64,000 nucleotides of DNA, from NCBI GenBank assembly GCA_016202645.1, contig JACQOF010000146.1, positions 620 to 64,619 of the forward strand, read 5' to 3'. The stretch comes from a bacterium (GTDB lineage Bacteria; Lindowbacteria; 2-12-FULL-62-27). Shown piece after piece: positions 41,383-49,847 of this stretch (position 1 is its first letter; the number at the start of each line of letters is the position of its first letter). The translations under genes and the position numbers were made by a program. The notes below the pieces were generated by a model. The model saw only the letters and a list, made by a program, of their open reading frames with translations, did no database searches and was not told the origin of the DNA.

Positions 41383-42896
41383 AGGTCGAACGACACTTTC
41401 AGCTTGAAATACTCTTCACTGCCCCTCAGCCCCCGGTAGGCGGGGCCGGGCTGAAAAAATCCGAACTTGAATTGGTACTTGACGTCGTCAAAAAATTTCC
41501 AGGAAATGACGGCGTCGTACTCGTCGCCGATGTCGTTGTCCGAGACCGCGGCGGCGGCGGCCGCGCTGGTCACGACTGCCGGGTCCGAGGTGGCGCCTCC
41601 CGGGGCGGCCGTCCAATAGGTGTATGCGGTGACCTGAAATGACATGTCGTTCCACCGGGCGCCCATCCTTGCAAAAGGCTTGACGCTCGCGCCTGCCTTC
41701 AAAATCCGGATATTGGCCAGGCTTGGCGAGAGGGCGTTGCCCATGCTGAGACCGCCGAAAGACCGGAAGAGCGAATCATCGCCGAAACTGGATCCGCCGC
41801 GCGAGGACGACGCGTTGGACCGGTCGGCGTCGCCGCTGCCGTAGGCGTATTCCGTATAGAGGGTGGGCGCCAGGTCCCCGCCGAAGAGATACCGGAGTCC
41901 CACGTCGAGCGCCTCCGCGTCGACGTTCACCTTGGACGACATGAGACCGGGGACGCTGTTGGCGTCGTCATACGTTTTGCCGCGGGCCATGATGAATTCC
42001 GACCAGTACTTGAGTTTTTTGAAAAACGTTCCGTCCAGGCCGAGGCCGTAGTACTGCGAATCGAATCGGTGGCGCTGGGTGCCGGCGCCGGTGCTGTAGG
42101 CCTGTTCCGTGTTGCGGTCCTTGTTCCAGAGCGTATAGACGCCCAGCTTGGCCCATGAACGGAACTTGTGATTGTATTCGGCGCCCCAAAACCAGCGTTT
42201 GGTGCGGCCGGATCCGGGCGAGAGCGCGTCGATGTTGTTGTCTCCCGGTTTTTGGCGCATGAACAACAGGCTTGCCGTCATTTTCCGGCCCTTGGATTCC
42301 CAATAAATCCCGTCGGCCGTCAGGCCGTAGGCGATGCCGCGGCCCACCATGGAAAACTGCCGGCCAAGCGTCAGCGTGTGTTTGAGAGCGGCGCCTTCGA
42401 ACTTCCGCTCGAAATAGGCCATGTCGATTTTGGCGTTGTTGAAATCGGAACCCCGGATGGCCGGCGAATTTTTTTTGGTTTCGGTGTAGAGGGTCCGGGT
42501 CCGCGCGTAAAATTTGGTCCGGCGGTCGACGCTGGAGAGCACAGAAAAAAGATTGACCTCGTAATCCCAGGAATGGTCCTGGCTGTCCGGCGTCGTCCGG
42601 TCCCGGTCGTTGTCGTTGGAGCCGGTGTAGGCGAAAGATGAATTTCCGCCATAATCAAACAGCCAGCCGCGTTTGTCCCGCCGCGCGCGGAGGGCTGCCG
42701 CAGTCAGTTCCTCCGTCCGGCGGAGGTCTTCCGTCGTTTCGATCCGTTCGCGGCGGAGTTCTTCTTCGGAGATCTGGGCGTTAGCCGGGAGGGAGAAAGG
42801 GAGAAAGGGAGAAAGGGAGAGAGGAAAATAGAGAAAGGACATGGAGAAGATAAATAGGGAGAAAGGGAAACCCCTGGCCAGATAGAGAGTCTTCAT
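41379..42896 (-). CDS. Outer-membrane beta-barrel protein (alginate-export-like by eye)
   Basis: Signal peptide ending 'LPANAQ'. A charged coiled segment is followed by a long alternating beta pattern, including 'LTLGRQFSMVGRGIAYG', which resembles the Alginate_exp family. ATG 42896 overlaps the upstream stop. Confidence 0.6.
   Translation of the reverse strand: MKTLYLARGFPFSLFIFSMSFLYFPLSLSPFLPFSLPANAQISEEELRRERIETTEDLRRTEELTAAALRARRDKRGWLFDYGGNSSFAYTGSNDNDRDRTTPDSQDHSWDYEVNLFSVLSSVDRRTKFYARTRTLYTETKKNSPAIRGSDFNNAKIDMAYFERKFEGAALKHTLTLGRQFSMVGRGIAYGLTADGIYWESKGRKMTASLLFMRQKPGDNNIDALSPGSGRTKRWFWGAEYNHKFRSWAKLGVYTLWNKDRNTEQAYSTGAGTQRHRFDSQYYGLGLDGTFFKKLKYWSEFIMARGKTYDDANSVPGLMSSKVNVDAEALDVGLRYLFGGDLAPTLYTEYAYGSGDADRSNASSSRGGSSFGDDSLFRSFGGLSMGNALSPSLANIRILKAGASVKPFARMGARWNDMSFQVTAYTYWTAAPGGATSDPAVVTSAAAAAAVSDNDIGDEYDAVISWKFFDDVKYQFKFGFFQPGPAYRGLRGSEEYFKLKVSFDL
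42791..42822. repeat. Octamer array GGGAGAAA x4 (array E2), inside the barrel gene's signal-peptide coding region
   Basis: GGGAGAAA x3 plus GGGAGAGA, with further degenerate copies up to ~42872. On the coding (minus) strand this reads TTTCTCCC and encodes '...[14 protein letters not shown]...'. Confidence 0.9.
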
Positions 42897-45800
42897 ACCA
42901 GCCCGTAGTACATCTTTGTCAGGCGCCGGCCGACGGGATGAGACAGGATCGTGTCACGCAGGTTGCGCAGGGCGCGGGTCAGGAAGGAATCCGATCCAAA
43001 AGTTTGGCGGATGACGCAGACCGCCGGGAGTTTGACCTTGCTGAGAAGGCTCGGTTCTTCGGCGGCCAGGCTGAAGGAACGGACTTCGCCCGCGGCGGAT
43101 GAGTAGGTGTAGGAGGAATTTTTTCGAAGGTCCGTTTCGATCCCGGTCGTGCGGTCGGTCAGGGTGAGGGGCACGTCCGACGGGACGGACGCGACGTTCC
43201 CCGCGCGGACCGTGACGTTGCCGGCCTTGCCGGACGAAACTTCGATTTCCCAGGCCGGCTCTTCGACGCCGGACAGGAACGCGCTTGAATATCTCGCGTC
43301 GCCGCTCCGGATGGCCAACTGTACGCCGTCGGGAGAATTCGGGGCTTTGAAAATCGGGTCTGTCGGCTGCGGCCGGACGCCCACGACGTTCATCAGATCG
43401 GAATATTTTCCGGACTGGGCGATGAGCTGGATCGTCCAGTCGTCGCTTTTTTTCGGCGCGAGGGGAGCCGCGGCGACGGCGAGGCTCGGGGCGGAGTAGT
43501 CGGAGTGGATCGGCGCGCGATAGGTGGCCGTCGTGATCCGGGCCGCTCCCTGGGCACTCCCGCTGGATACGGGCGGCGGAATGACAAGCGTGCAGGAGGA
43601 ATTGGCGTAGACCCACTGGCCTTCGAAGGGATAGAAATAACACTGGGTCCGGCCGAAGGACGCGTTCGGGCAGTCCTCGTAGCCGAAGGACGCGCCGAAA
43701 TAAGCGTGAAATCGTTTGACGAGAATCCCGCTGTCGGCGGCGGTGTCGAGGTCGACGATGTTTCCGGCCGCCGTCTGAACCCGCATCCAGTCGATCGAAT
43801 AAACCTGCTCGAACGGCGTTCCGACCTGGTTCCAGCCGGGGTCGAGCGGGAGGTACTGGGTGTCGGTGAGCGCGCTGGAGTTTGTCGCATCGACGATGAT
43901 GAGTTCGGTTGCCAGGGTCTTGAGCCAGTAACCCCGGCCCGTTTTCAGGGAAGACGGTTCTGATATGGCGTCCGTCGTCGGATCATAGCCGTACATCTTC
44001 CATGTGCCGGAGGGAATGCGGCTGTTGGTGGTGAGGATCGTCGAGGGGCTTGCGCTCGCCGGCTGACGCGGCAGGGCAAACATGAACCAGTCATCGCCGG
44101 GCCAGAGTGTGATGCCGGAGGACGTCGCAAAGAGCAGGACGTCCCCGCCGCCGCTGTCGCCCGACAGGGATGCTTTGACGGTGTAGATGCCCGGTTTGTT
44201 GCCGAGCGTGAGGCGCGTATAAGCGAGGCCAAATGCGTCGGTGGTGGTCTGCTCCGTATCGAGGTCCTGTCCCGTTGCGCCCGAAGGGGTTTTGAATATG
44301 CTGAAAGTCACGGTCACGCCCGGAAGGGGAATGGAATTTTGATCGGTGAAAACTCCAAAGGGAGAGTTTGTGTCTGGATAGACGAGCAGTTCATTAACCT
44401 TCACGACGAAATCCTGGTCCAGGGCCGTACCCGTGTCGCCCGACAGCCAGCTGACGATCCCTTCGATCTGCGTCGAATCCGTCGGCGTCGCCGGCGCGCC
44501 GGCGACGAACCAGCCGAGCAGGCCGGCGTTGGCGGAGAGCAGGGTCGTGTCATTGGTTACGTCCTTGACGACGGTCGTCGACAGGGTATCGAACTGCGGT
44601 CCCGCGTTGGCCATCTGGAAAATGGCGACGGTGTCGGCGGCGTAGTTGAGCCAGGCGTTTTCGAGAAGCACGGAGGAAAATTTGTTCTGAAACGTGGTGG
44701 CATCCGACCCCGCGTCCGCCGCCAGGCCGTTCGTCGCGGTCCACGGCACCACGCGGACGGCCTGGCCGGCGAAGTGGCCGAAGTTTTTAATCTTGTACGT
44801 CTCGAACGGCTGAAGTCGCTTGGGGTTGCTGAACATCACCCGCACGTGATGCCCGCTGGCGGTTTCTTGCGGCGTGAAGGTCAGTTTCCAGTAGTCGCTG
44901 CTGCCGTAAGTGGTCCTGCGGATCAGAGTCACAGCCGCGCCGGTCGCGCCGAACTTGATGTCGACGTTATCCGGCAGCCACCAGGAATTGGAATAGATGC
45001 TGTTGAGGTCGATGGTTTGCGTCGTAGTCACGATGAAGTAGGTGTCCGGCTCGTGGATATGCAAAAACAGATTTTCCGCCGTCATCCCCGGCAGGATGCC
45101 GCTGAAGGTCGCGTCAAAACCGGCGAACTCGCCCCATTCCGGAGACCGGCCGCGCGGCGGGTCCAGGTCGTGAAGCGTCGTCCTGTCCGGCGGATCCAAA
45201 AACAACGTCTCGGGCGCGACGGCCACGCCCCCGATGTCCAGATTCGCCTTGTTGGGCTTGAATGTGTAGGTGTCTCCCATCAACAGACGCCCGACCGTGT
45301 CGGAATGCCATCTGAAAAAATCGGCCAGATGCGTGTCGGTGACGAAGCGGTCGTCCCACGTGTCGGTCAGGACGATGCGGCGGATGAAGTCGGTGTTGGT
45401 CGTGCTTTCGGAATCGGATTTGGCGTCGAGAAACAGCAGGGCCTCGTTGACCTTCGAATCGATCTCGATGATCGACTTCCATGCCGTGTCCCAGCTGTGG
45501 TTCGCGGTCAGAAGGTTCGGGTGGTTCGCCCGGAATTCCTCCCAGGAGGTGGTGTCCGGAATGTTTTCCGGGGTCTCGGTCACGTCCAGATTGTAGGACG
45601 TGAGAATCGTGAGGATGGCCTTGTACCCCAAAAGGACGGAGTGCATGAAAAGAATTTCGGTTTTGTCGATTTCGTAAGTGTCGGAGCCGCCGGCGTCGTC
45701 GTTCAGGTTGCCCGGAAAGGCAAACGCCGTGTTCGCGTTGGCCGCTGCTGTGAGATGCGCTTCGACATGAGGAAACGTATCGGCCAGAATCCGATCAAGG

Positions 45801-46288
45801 ATGGCTTGGGCCGTGGAGGCCGTCGGATCCGTGCCCCAGGAATATTCCCGATAGGTGTGGCCTTCCCCCGAAACAATGATCGAATCAATGTCCTCCCCTT
45901 GATTGACGCGGGACAGATATTGGCTGATCGTCGCCGAATCGGAACCGTTGGAAAAATCCAGCCGAAGCGAGGCGAGGGCGGGGTCGTCGACGATTTGCGC
46001 CAGTTCCAGAATCGCCGCGAAGACATTCGCGCCGGCGTGGGTCGGATCGAGAGCCAAAGCGGCATGAAACCGCCCCAGCGCCGATGGAATGTCAATCGCG
46101 CGGGAATCTTCCAGATAGGCTAGACCACTATCGTACTCGTCACCCGCAGTTGCCTCGGCCGGGACACACGGAGACACACCGGCCACAAATAGCAGACCAA
46201 CCACAAGCCAGGCAATGGACCTGCCCGGCCAGAATACCAACGGACGCACCCTCCCTGCGCCCCAAAGGGGGCTTCTGATCATATACAT
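42893..46288 (-). CDS. 1131-aa secreted protein of unknown function (helical N-domain, beta-rich core with an Ig-like segment, Cys-initiated C-terminal box)
   Basis: Signal-like 'IAWLVVGLLFVAGVSPCVPAEA'. Ig-like stretch 'LPGVTVTFSIFKTPSGATGQDL...GIYTVKASL'. C-terminal 'CVIRQTFGSDSFLTRALRNLRDTILSHPVGRRLTKMYYGLV'. First gene of a four-gene operon with 4-nt start/stop overlaps. Confidence 0.7.
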   Translation of the reverse strand: MYMIRSPLWGAGRVRPLVFWPGRSIAWLVVGLLFVAGVSPCVPAEATAGDEYDSGLAYLEDSRAIDIPSALGRFHAALALDPTHAGANVFAAILELAQIVDDPALASLRLDFSNGSDSATISQYLSRVNQGEDIDSIIVSGEGHTYREYSWGTDPTASTAQAILDRILADTFPHVEAHLTAAANANTAFAFPGNLNDDAGGSDTYEIDKTEILFMHSVLLGYKAILTILTSYNLDVTETPENIPDTTSWEEFRANHPNLLTANHSWDTAWKSIIEIDSKVNEALLFLDAKSDSESTTNTDFIRRIVLTDTWDDRFVTDTHLADFFRWHSDTVGRLLMGDTYTFKPNKANLDIGGVAVAPETLFLDPPDRTTLHDLDPPRGRSPEWGEFAGFDATFSGILPGMTAENLFLHIHEPDTYFIVTTTQTIDLNSIYSNSWWLPDNVDIKFGATGAAVTLIRRTTYGSSDYWKLTFTPQETASGHHVRVMFSNPKRLQPFETYKIKNFGHFAGQAVRVVPWTATNGLAADAGSDATTFQNKFSSVLLENAWLNYAADTVAIFQMANAGPQFDTLSTTVVKDVTNDTTLLSANAGLLGWFVAGAPATPTDSTQIEGIVSWLSGDTGTALDQDFVVKVNELLVYPDTNSPFGVFTDQNSIPLPGVTVTFSIFKTPSGATGQDLDTEQTTTDAFGLAYTRLTLGNKPGIYTVKASLSGDSGGGDVLLFATSSGITLWPGDDWFMFALPRQPASASPSTILTTNSRIPSGTWKMYGYDPTTDAISEPSSLKTGRGYWLKTLATELIIVDATNSSALTDTQYLPLDPGWNQVGTPFEQVYSIDWMRVQTAAGNIVDLDTAADSGILVKRFHAYFGASFGYEDCPNASFGRTQCYFYPFEGQWVYANSSCTLVIPPPVSSGSAQGAARITTATYRAPIHSDYSAPSLAVAAAPLAPKKSDDWTIQLIAQSGKYSDLMNVVGVRPQPTDPIFKAPNSPDGVQLAIRSGDARYSSAFLSGVEEPAWEIEVSSGKAGNVTVRAGNVASVPSDVPLTLTDRTTGIETDLRKNSSYTYSSAAGEVRSFSLAAEEPSLLSKVKLPAVCVIRQTFGSDSFLTRALRNLRDTILSHPVGRRLTKMYYGLV

Positions 46289-46301
46289 ATACAGTATTAT
46301 A

Positions 46302-47756
46302 TTAGGGCTGCTGTGTCAACGCGAATAGATGCACATCATATCCGCCCAGATCCAGATAGAGCCCATTCGACCGGACGTCACCCGCGTCCCGGTCGTAGGT
46401 TCGGTCACTGAGAAGATCCCGGAACCGGATCGTTGTGGGGCCTTCCGGCAAGGGCAGTCGGACGCGGCATTGGGAAGGATCGCCGGCGTAATTGGCGACC
46501 GCCAGCCGGCGGTCCTTGCCGTTTTCCCACCAGAAACAGAACATCCGTTCATGGCTGAAATTTTCTTCCCAAGCTTGGAGACTTTCCAACATTTGCCAGG
46601 ACTGCTCCCAAGCCGCGCCGGTCGGAAGCGCCGCGATCAGTTTTTCATAGAATTCGGAAACGTCTGGGTCGGGCGTTTCGTGCGGCCGCCGCCGGAGTTG
46701 CACGGGAATTTTGGCCTGCCGGCCCTCCAACTGGCCTTCGTAAAAAAAGCGGATGCCCGGGAGCGCATACGTGATGACCGCCGCCGCGCGGAAGCGATCG
46801 CCGAGAAAGACCGCCGCGGCCCGGGGTTCGTCGTGATTTTCAAGAAAGTGCGCCGAGCGCGCGTGGAATTCCGGGCCGGCCTCAAGATGAGCGCGGATTG
46901 GAGCGGCGTGCCCGTCGCGCAGGCGGTCGCCCAGGCGTTTGTCGTAGGTGAAATCAAATCCGAGTTTCTGCAGATCCGATTCGAGGTCCCAGTAGACTTC
47001 GGCGAGAAACAGGAAATCCTTCCGCCGCGCGCGCACCGCCGAGATCACGTCCGCCCAGAACTCCGTGGCCGGTTCGGGGCCGGCCCGGTCTCCCCAGGTT
47101 TGTTTGAAAATCCGGTTCAACAGAAGCATCGCCATGTCACAGCGGAGGCCGTCGCAGAGTTTGGTCAGGCCGAGGATCTGGGCAATCATGGCCTTGCGGG
47201 CGTCCGGCGAGAAAACATTGATCTGCACCGTGTCGGACCAGCCGTCGAAGTAGGGGTCCCGGCCGTGCGCGAAGATCCGGGCGCCGGCGCGCGTCCTGGC
47301 CCTGAAAAAATTCTGAGGCGCCTGTCGCAGATCCTCCTCCGTGCCCTGTACGAACCGGCCGGGATGGCTCGTGACCCAGGGATGGTCCGGCGCCATGTGG
47401 TTCGGCACCAGGTCCAGCATGAGGTGGAGGCCGCGCCGCCGGAGTTTGTTTCGGAAACGTCCAAGCGCCGCCTCGCCGCCGAGTTTGGAGTTTACCCGGT
47501 AGGATTTGATCGCGTAGGGAGACGCGACGACGTCGGCCTTTTTCGCGTCGGGCAGAACCGCCCGGATTTCTTCGTTCAGCCCCCGGTGCGCTTTCGCGAT
47601 CCGTTCGCCCTTTGGGCTGGGCTCCCACACGCCCATGAGCCAGATGACGTCAAAGCGGCCCGCCCACTCGGCCACCTCCGCGTCCGGGACGTCGTCCAGG
47701 GTGGACCATCCCTGCTCGCGCAGCCAGACGCGGGTGTTGATTTCGTAGAGGCGCAG
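46302..47756 (-). CDS. GH13 alpha-amylase-family glycoside hydrolase (probable CTG start, or read-through from the upstream ORF)
   Basis: GH13 regions 'DLVPNHMAPDHPW', 'GLRCDMAMLL', 'FLAEVYWD' and 'FLENHDEPR'. The tracked start (GTG 47675) would omit the first barrel strand, 'LYEINTRVWL', which is encoded in frame upstream. The only start-like codon before that strand is CTG 47756-47754. Confidence 0.8.
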   Translation of the reverse strand: MRLYEINTRVWLREQGWSTLDDVPDAEVAEWAGRFDVIWLMGVWEPSPKGERIAKAHRGLNEEIRAVLPDAKKADVVASPYAIKSYRVNSKLGGEAALGRFRNKLRRRGLHLMLDLVPNHMAPDHPWVTSHPGRFVQGTEEDLRQAPQNFFRARTRAGARIFAHGRDPYFDGWSDTVQINVFSPDARKAMIAQILGLTKLCDGLRCDMAMLLLNRIFKQTWGDRAGPEPATEFWADVISAVRARRKDFLFLAEVYWDLESDLQKLGFDFTYDKRLGDRLRDGHAAPIRAHLEAGPEFHARSAHFLENHDEPRAAAVFLGDRFRAAAVITYALPGIRFFYEGQLEGRQAKIPVQLRRRPHETPDPDVSEFYEKLIAALPTGAAWEQSWQMLESLQAWEENFSHERMFCFWWENGKDRRLAVANYAGDPSQCRVRLPLPEGPTTIRFRDLLSDRTYDRDAGDVRSNGLYLDLGGYDVHLFALTQQP

Positions 47757-47759
47757 TGG

Positions 47760-48809
47760 TCAGGAGCCGAGCTGGTACAGCTCGATGCCGCGAAAGAGAA
47801 ACAGGATTTCTCCGGGTTCCCGCGAAATGGGGCGGCCGGAAAAAATATACTCGCCGGGCTGGGAAAAAAGCATGGGAACGAGCAGCACCGATTCCGAACT
47901 GGCAAACGGCCAGGAAGTCGCCGGTTCGAGAGTCCCCCGCGAGATGGACCGGGTTTCAATTTCCATCGCCGTCAGACGCGGCATTTCTCCGGGATAGGCC
48001 GTGAAAGGCTCCATCTGCATCGCCATCAGATACCACCCGGGAATTTCGGCGCGGATCACGATCTCGAAACTCGTCTCCGGGCCGCCGGAGATCGATTCCT
48101 GAAGGTTCACGTTCTGGGCGGGCGTGAGGGTGATGTTCCGGACCGTGAGAGAGAGGCTTCCGTAGCGGGTTCGGATTTTTCGGACGGCCGGCGTGACCGT
48201 GAGGCCGAGGGGCCGGACGTGAAGCTTGTCGGATTTTTTTCCGACCGTGATTTTTTCGACCCAGGGCTTGTAGTAGGGCGTTTCCAGAAACGTCCGCCGC
48301 ACCCGCAGGCCGAATTCGTCGAGCGGCAGGGACGGCATTTCGTCTTTTTTCGGGGGCGCGATCTGGCCCGCCGGAACTTCCTGCCCGGGCGGCGCGCCGG
48401 GCGTCTCTTCGGATTTTGGTTTCTCGCCGGCCGGATCAACGGCGGATCCGGTCACGCTCGCTTCCCCGGTCGCCTCCCCGCGCCGGGCGCGAAGGACGAT
48501 CTTCCAGGGCCTCCGCGATTCCTCAAGGTCCCGCTCGGATATGTCCCAGGAGTATTCGAAGGGGTTCTTCGAGGCCGTCCCGCGCCACCGCGAGAGAAAC
48601 TGGCTGGGATCGTAGAGCGCAACGTCCAGAGACTTCGCGCTCCCCTCCCACTTGCCCGTTAGAACAACCTTCCCCGGTCCCTTCGGCTGGAACACCAGGG
48701 TCTGCTTGTCCTCGCGGTTTTTCAGACTGAACGGCTCGGCGCCGGCGTACGGCCCGGAACAGAGGACCCACGCCGCCACGAGTACGCACACACCAAGAAT
48801 GCGGTTCAT
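47760..48809 (-). CDS. Secreted hypothetical protein (two domains joined by a Pro-rich linker)
   Basis: Signal peptide MNRILGVCVLVAAWVLCSGPYAGA. Linker 'EKPKSEETPGAPPGQEVPAGQIAPPKKDE'. No family recognised. Its TGA is in the same frame as the GH13 gene. Confidence 0.6.
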   Translation of the reverse strand: MNRILGVCVLVAAWVLCSGPYAGAEPFSLKNREDKQTLVFQPKGPGKVVLTGKWEGSAKSLDVALYDPSQFLSRWRGTASKNPFEYSWDISERDLEESRRPWKIVLRARRGEATGEASVTGSAVDPAGEKPKSEETPGAPPGQEVPAGQIAPPKKDEMPSLPLDEFGLRVRRTFLETPYYKPWVEKITVGKKSDKLHVRPLGLTVTPAVRKIRTRYGSLSLTVRNITLTPAQNVNLQESISGGPETSFEIVIRAEIPGWYLMAMQMEPFTAYPGEMPRLTAMEIETRSISRGTLEPATSWPFASSESVLLVPMLFSQPGEYIFSGRPISREPGEILFLFRGIELYQLGS

Positions 48810-48968
48810 GTTTCGAACAACTAAAACTTACCCCCGGGCGGAGGGCAAGGGGGTTCGTCCCCGGCATTGGAAGAGGATTCATTTTTCATGATTGCCGACC
48901 TGACCCGCCAAAGGTATCGTCTGCCGGATGAATCTTTCCGACACCGAAAAGCGGGAGGTGGAGATGAT

Positions 48969-49262
48969 ATGGGGAAATTGTCGATTGTTCCGGCCAAGCG
49001 GATCGAGCATTCAATTCTTCTTATCCGGGGTGAAAAAGTGATGCTCGATTCGATCCTCGCCGAATTGTACGGAGTATCGACCGGGGCGTTGAATCAGGCG
49101 GTCAAGCGTAACGCAAAGCGATTTCCCGAGGATTTTATGTTTCGACTGACCAACGAGGAATCCGAATGTTTGATATCACAAATTGTGATATCAAAAATCG
49201 GCCGTGGCGGCCGACGAAAACTGCAGAATCGGATTCTGATGGAGATCCATCCAAACCGATGA
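48969..49262 (+). pseudogene. Truncated ORF6N-domain (KilA-N-like) protein
   Basis: '[49 protein letters not shown]...SQIV...GGRR' is the ORF6N core. The reading frame ends ~12 codons after 'GGRR', where full-length members continue, as I recall them. Confidence 0.5.
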
Positions 49263-49837
49263 AAAAAATCCGTGTTCGAAGAGGGGTCTGCCTTATTGCC
49301 CATCCGGAACTCAGGGATCCCAATTTTCGCCGGACGGTGGTTCTCATTTGCGAGCACGGGCCGGAGGGGTCCATGGGCCTCGTCCTTAACCGCGCGGGGA
49401 ATGCCGCCGCGGGCAAGATGCTGTCGGAGATCGAGGATCTGCCCGAGTGCGGATATCCGATCCTGTCGGGCGGTCCGGTGGGGCTGGACCAGATTTATGT
49501 GCTGTACCGACGATCAGGACAAACCCTGGAGGACTCGGAGGGCGTCCGCCTCGTCGGGGCCGGCGTCCATCTCGTCGGCAATCTCGCCGCGCTCCAGGAT
49601 ATTGTCGGGTCGGACGAGGACGCCTCGCGGAAGTTCCGGCTCTACGCCGGTTACGCCGGCTGGGGCCCGGGCCAGCTCGATCATGAAATGGATATCGGAT
49701 CCTGGTTTGTGGCGCGCGCCCGGCCGGAATTCGTGTTTGACATGACCCATGAGGAAGTCTGGTCCGGCGTTCTCAAATCGATGGGCGGCGAGTATCGCCT
49801 CATTGCGGCGATGCCCGACGACCTTTCCGTAAATTGA
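49259..49837 (+). CDS. YqgE/AlgH-family protein (UPF0301)
   Basis: '[34 protein letters not shown]...GGPV...[17 protein letters not shown]'. ATG 49259 overlaps the upstream stop. Confidence 0.85.
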   Translation: MKKIRVRRGVCLIAHPELRDPNFRRTVVLICEHGPEGSMGLVLNRAGNAAAGKMLSEIEDLPECGYPILSGGPVGLDQIYVLYRRSGQTLEDSEGVRLVGAGVHLVGNLAALQDIVGSDEDASRKFRLYAGYAGWGPGQLDHEMDIGSWFVARARPEFVFDMTHEEVWSGVLKSMGGEYRLIAAMPDDLSVN

Positions 49838-49847
49838 CAGGGAAAAT

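Noticed and set aside
47760-47762. Genome-wide TGA reassignment (for example a TGA=Gly or Trp code) as the explanation for the in-frame TGAs at 47760 and 39162
   Set aside because: Most confidently identified genes in the window, including the giant protein, PorV-like, TonB-like, ATP-grasp, rny and cysH genes, terminate at TGA at the position expected from homology. TGA is therefore a normal stop here. Any bypass would have to be local.
44339-48662. 594-aa and 777-aa plus-strand ORFs opposite the 1131-aa, GH13 and 349-aa genes
   Set aside because: Arg/Gly/Pro-rich antisense shadows. The minus-strand products have signal peptides, GH13 catalytic motifs and overlapping starts and stops.
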